Source of the DNA: an uncultured Terracidiphilus sp.
GTDB taxonomy: Bacteria; Acidobacteriota; Terriglobia; Terriglobales; Acidobacteriaceae
Direction: 5' to 3'
DNA length: 64,000 nucleotides
Assembly (NCBI GenBank): GCA_964414945.1
Contig: CAYPYJ010000003.1
Span: 5,895-69,894, forward strand
A model generated the notes under the pieces. It saw nothing but the letters and a program-made list of their open reading frames with translations, made no database searches and was not told the DNA's origin. The translations under genes and the position numbers were made by a program. This document shows positions 63,599-64,000 of the stretch, piece by piece (within the stretch, counting starts at the first letter, position 1; every line of letters begins with the position of its first letter).

Positions 63599-64000
63599 GG
63601 TGTAATTCCCTGCCTCTCCAAGTCTTTTCTCAGCAACCGCATTGCGCGGAAGACGCGCACCTTAACCGCCGCCACGGAGATGCCCAATGCCGCAGCCACT
63701 TCTTTTTGCGGTCGTTCTTCAATCACCGCCAGCGTAGCCGTAATTCGTAGCTTCGGCGGCAGGCGGCTAAAGGCCAGCACGGTCTTCCTGCGAATCTCCG
63801 CAGTCACAGCCGGGTCAGCCTCCGCCGGAGCCGCAACTTCGGCGAGTGTCTCCGCAGACAACTCGTTCTCGGCGCGTTTCGTCCGCAGCCAGTCCAGCGC
63901 CGCTCGGGTGGCAATGCGCCGTGCCCAACCCTCAAATCCCTGCGCTGGCTCAAAGCGCGCGTGAGCCCGGTAGATGCGCCAGAAGCTCTCAATGGTCAGA
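63595..64000 (-). CDS. ECF-type sigma-70 factor, C-terminal two-thirds (gene runs off the window end)
   Basis: The ORF track lists 63595..63861. The frame stays open to the window edge by my translation: LTIESFWRIYRAHARFEPAQGFEGWARRIATRAALDWLRTKRAENELSAETLAE..., which is region 2-like. Region 4: LPPKLRITATLAVIEERPQKEVAAALGISVAAVKVRVFRAMRLLRKDL. Confidence 0.8.
   Translation of the reverse strand, partial: LTIESFWRIYRAHARFEPAQGFEGWARRIATRAALDWLRTKRAENELSAETLAEVAAPAEADPAVTAEIRRKTVLAFSRLPPKLRITATLAVIEERPQKEVAAALGISVAAVKVRVFRAMRLLRKDLERQGITP

Noticed and set aside
1-64000. CRISPR arrays, rRNA genes, and transposase, integrase or phage genes.
   Set aside because: I looked for regularly spaced direct repeats and for characteristic protein motifs in the ORF track and found none. 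The only repeated DNA elements are the REP-like hairpins and short motifs reported above.

Overview
This 64-kb segment is chromosomal and most likely comes from an Acidobacteriota (Terriglobia-like) genome. That placement is inferred from gene content: five TonB-dependent receptors (four with carboxypeptidase-regulatory-like N-termini), a high density of glycoside hydrolases, and roughly 57-60% GC by eye. I can support about 45 protein genes and one tRNA-Arg(CCT). I see no rRNA, no CRISPR array and no recognisable transposase or integrase. The layout is as follows. (1) 0-3.3 kb holds two TonB-dependent receptors (TBDRs). (2) 3.7-6.6 kb holds the tRNA and a lower-GC pair of poorly assignable genes. 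(3) 6.7-34.4 kb is a glycan-utilisation locus encoding GH35, GH2 beta-mannosidase, GH29, GH125, GH3 with a PA14 insert, GH20 and GH92. It also encodes a GlcNAc-kinase-like ATPase, an SIS sugar-phosphate isomerase/deaminase, CutC, an MFS sugar porter, a DeoR regulator and TBDRs, which together is the enzyme set needed to dismantle N-glycans. (4) 34.5-42.5 kb holds an M13 peptidase, a TBDR, a PQQ dehydrogenase and a low-GC acyltransferase. (5) 42.7-49.5 kb is a tightly coupled six-gene operon: ECF sigma, a large ZAS+FecR anti-sigma with a roughly 560-aa unassigned C-terminal domain, and two ABC ATPase/ABC-2 permease pairs. (6) 49.8-64 kb is mixed: Fe-ADH with an ABM protein, a NusG paralog, GH31, a ~40% GC orphan membrane-protein gene, a YgiB/YgiC-like pair, a DapA-family gene, DinB, folK, a Gfo/Idh/MocA oxidoreductase and a second ECF sigma/anti-sigma pair. 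Three non-genic signals stand out. First, a family of five REP-like intergenic hairpins has conserved outer stems and loops but compensatory inner-stem changes. Second, a palindromic AAATGATCATTT-type motif recurs in the four divergent promoter regions of the glycan locus. Third, an identical 15-mer lies upstream of both the NusG paralog and GH31. All family assignments come from motifs read by eye; no searches were run.
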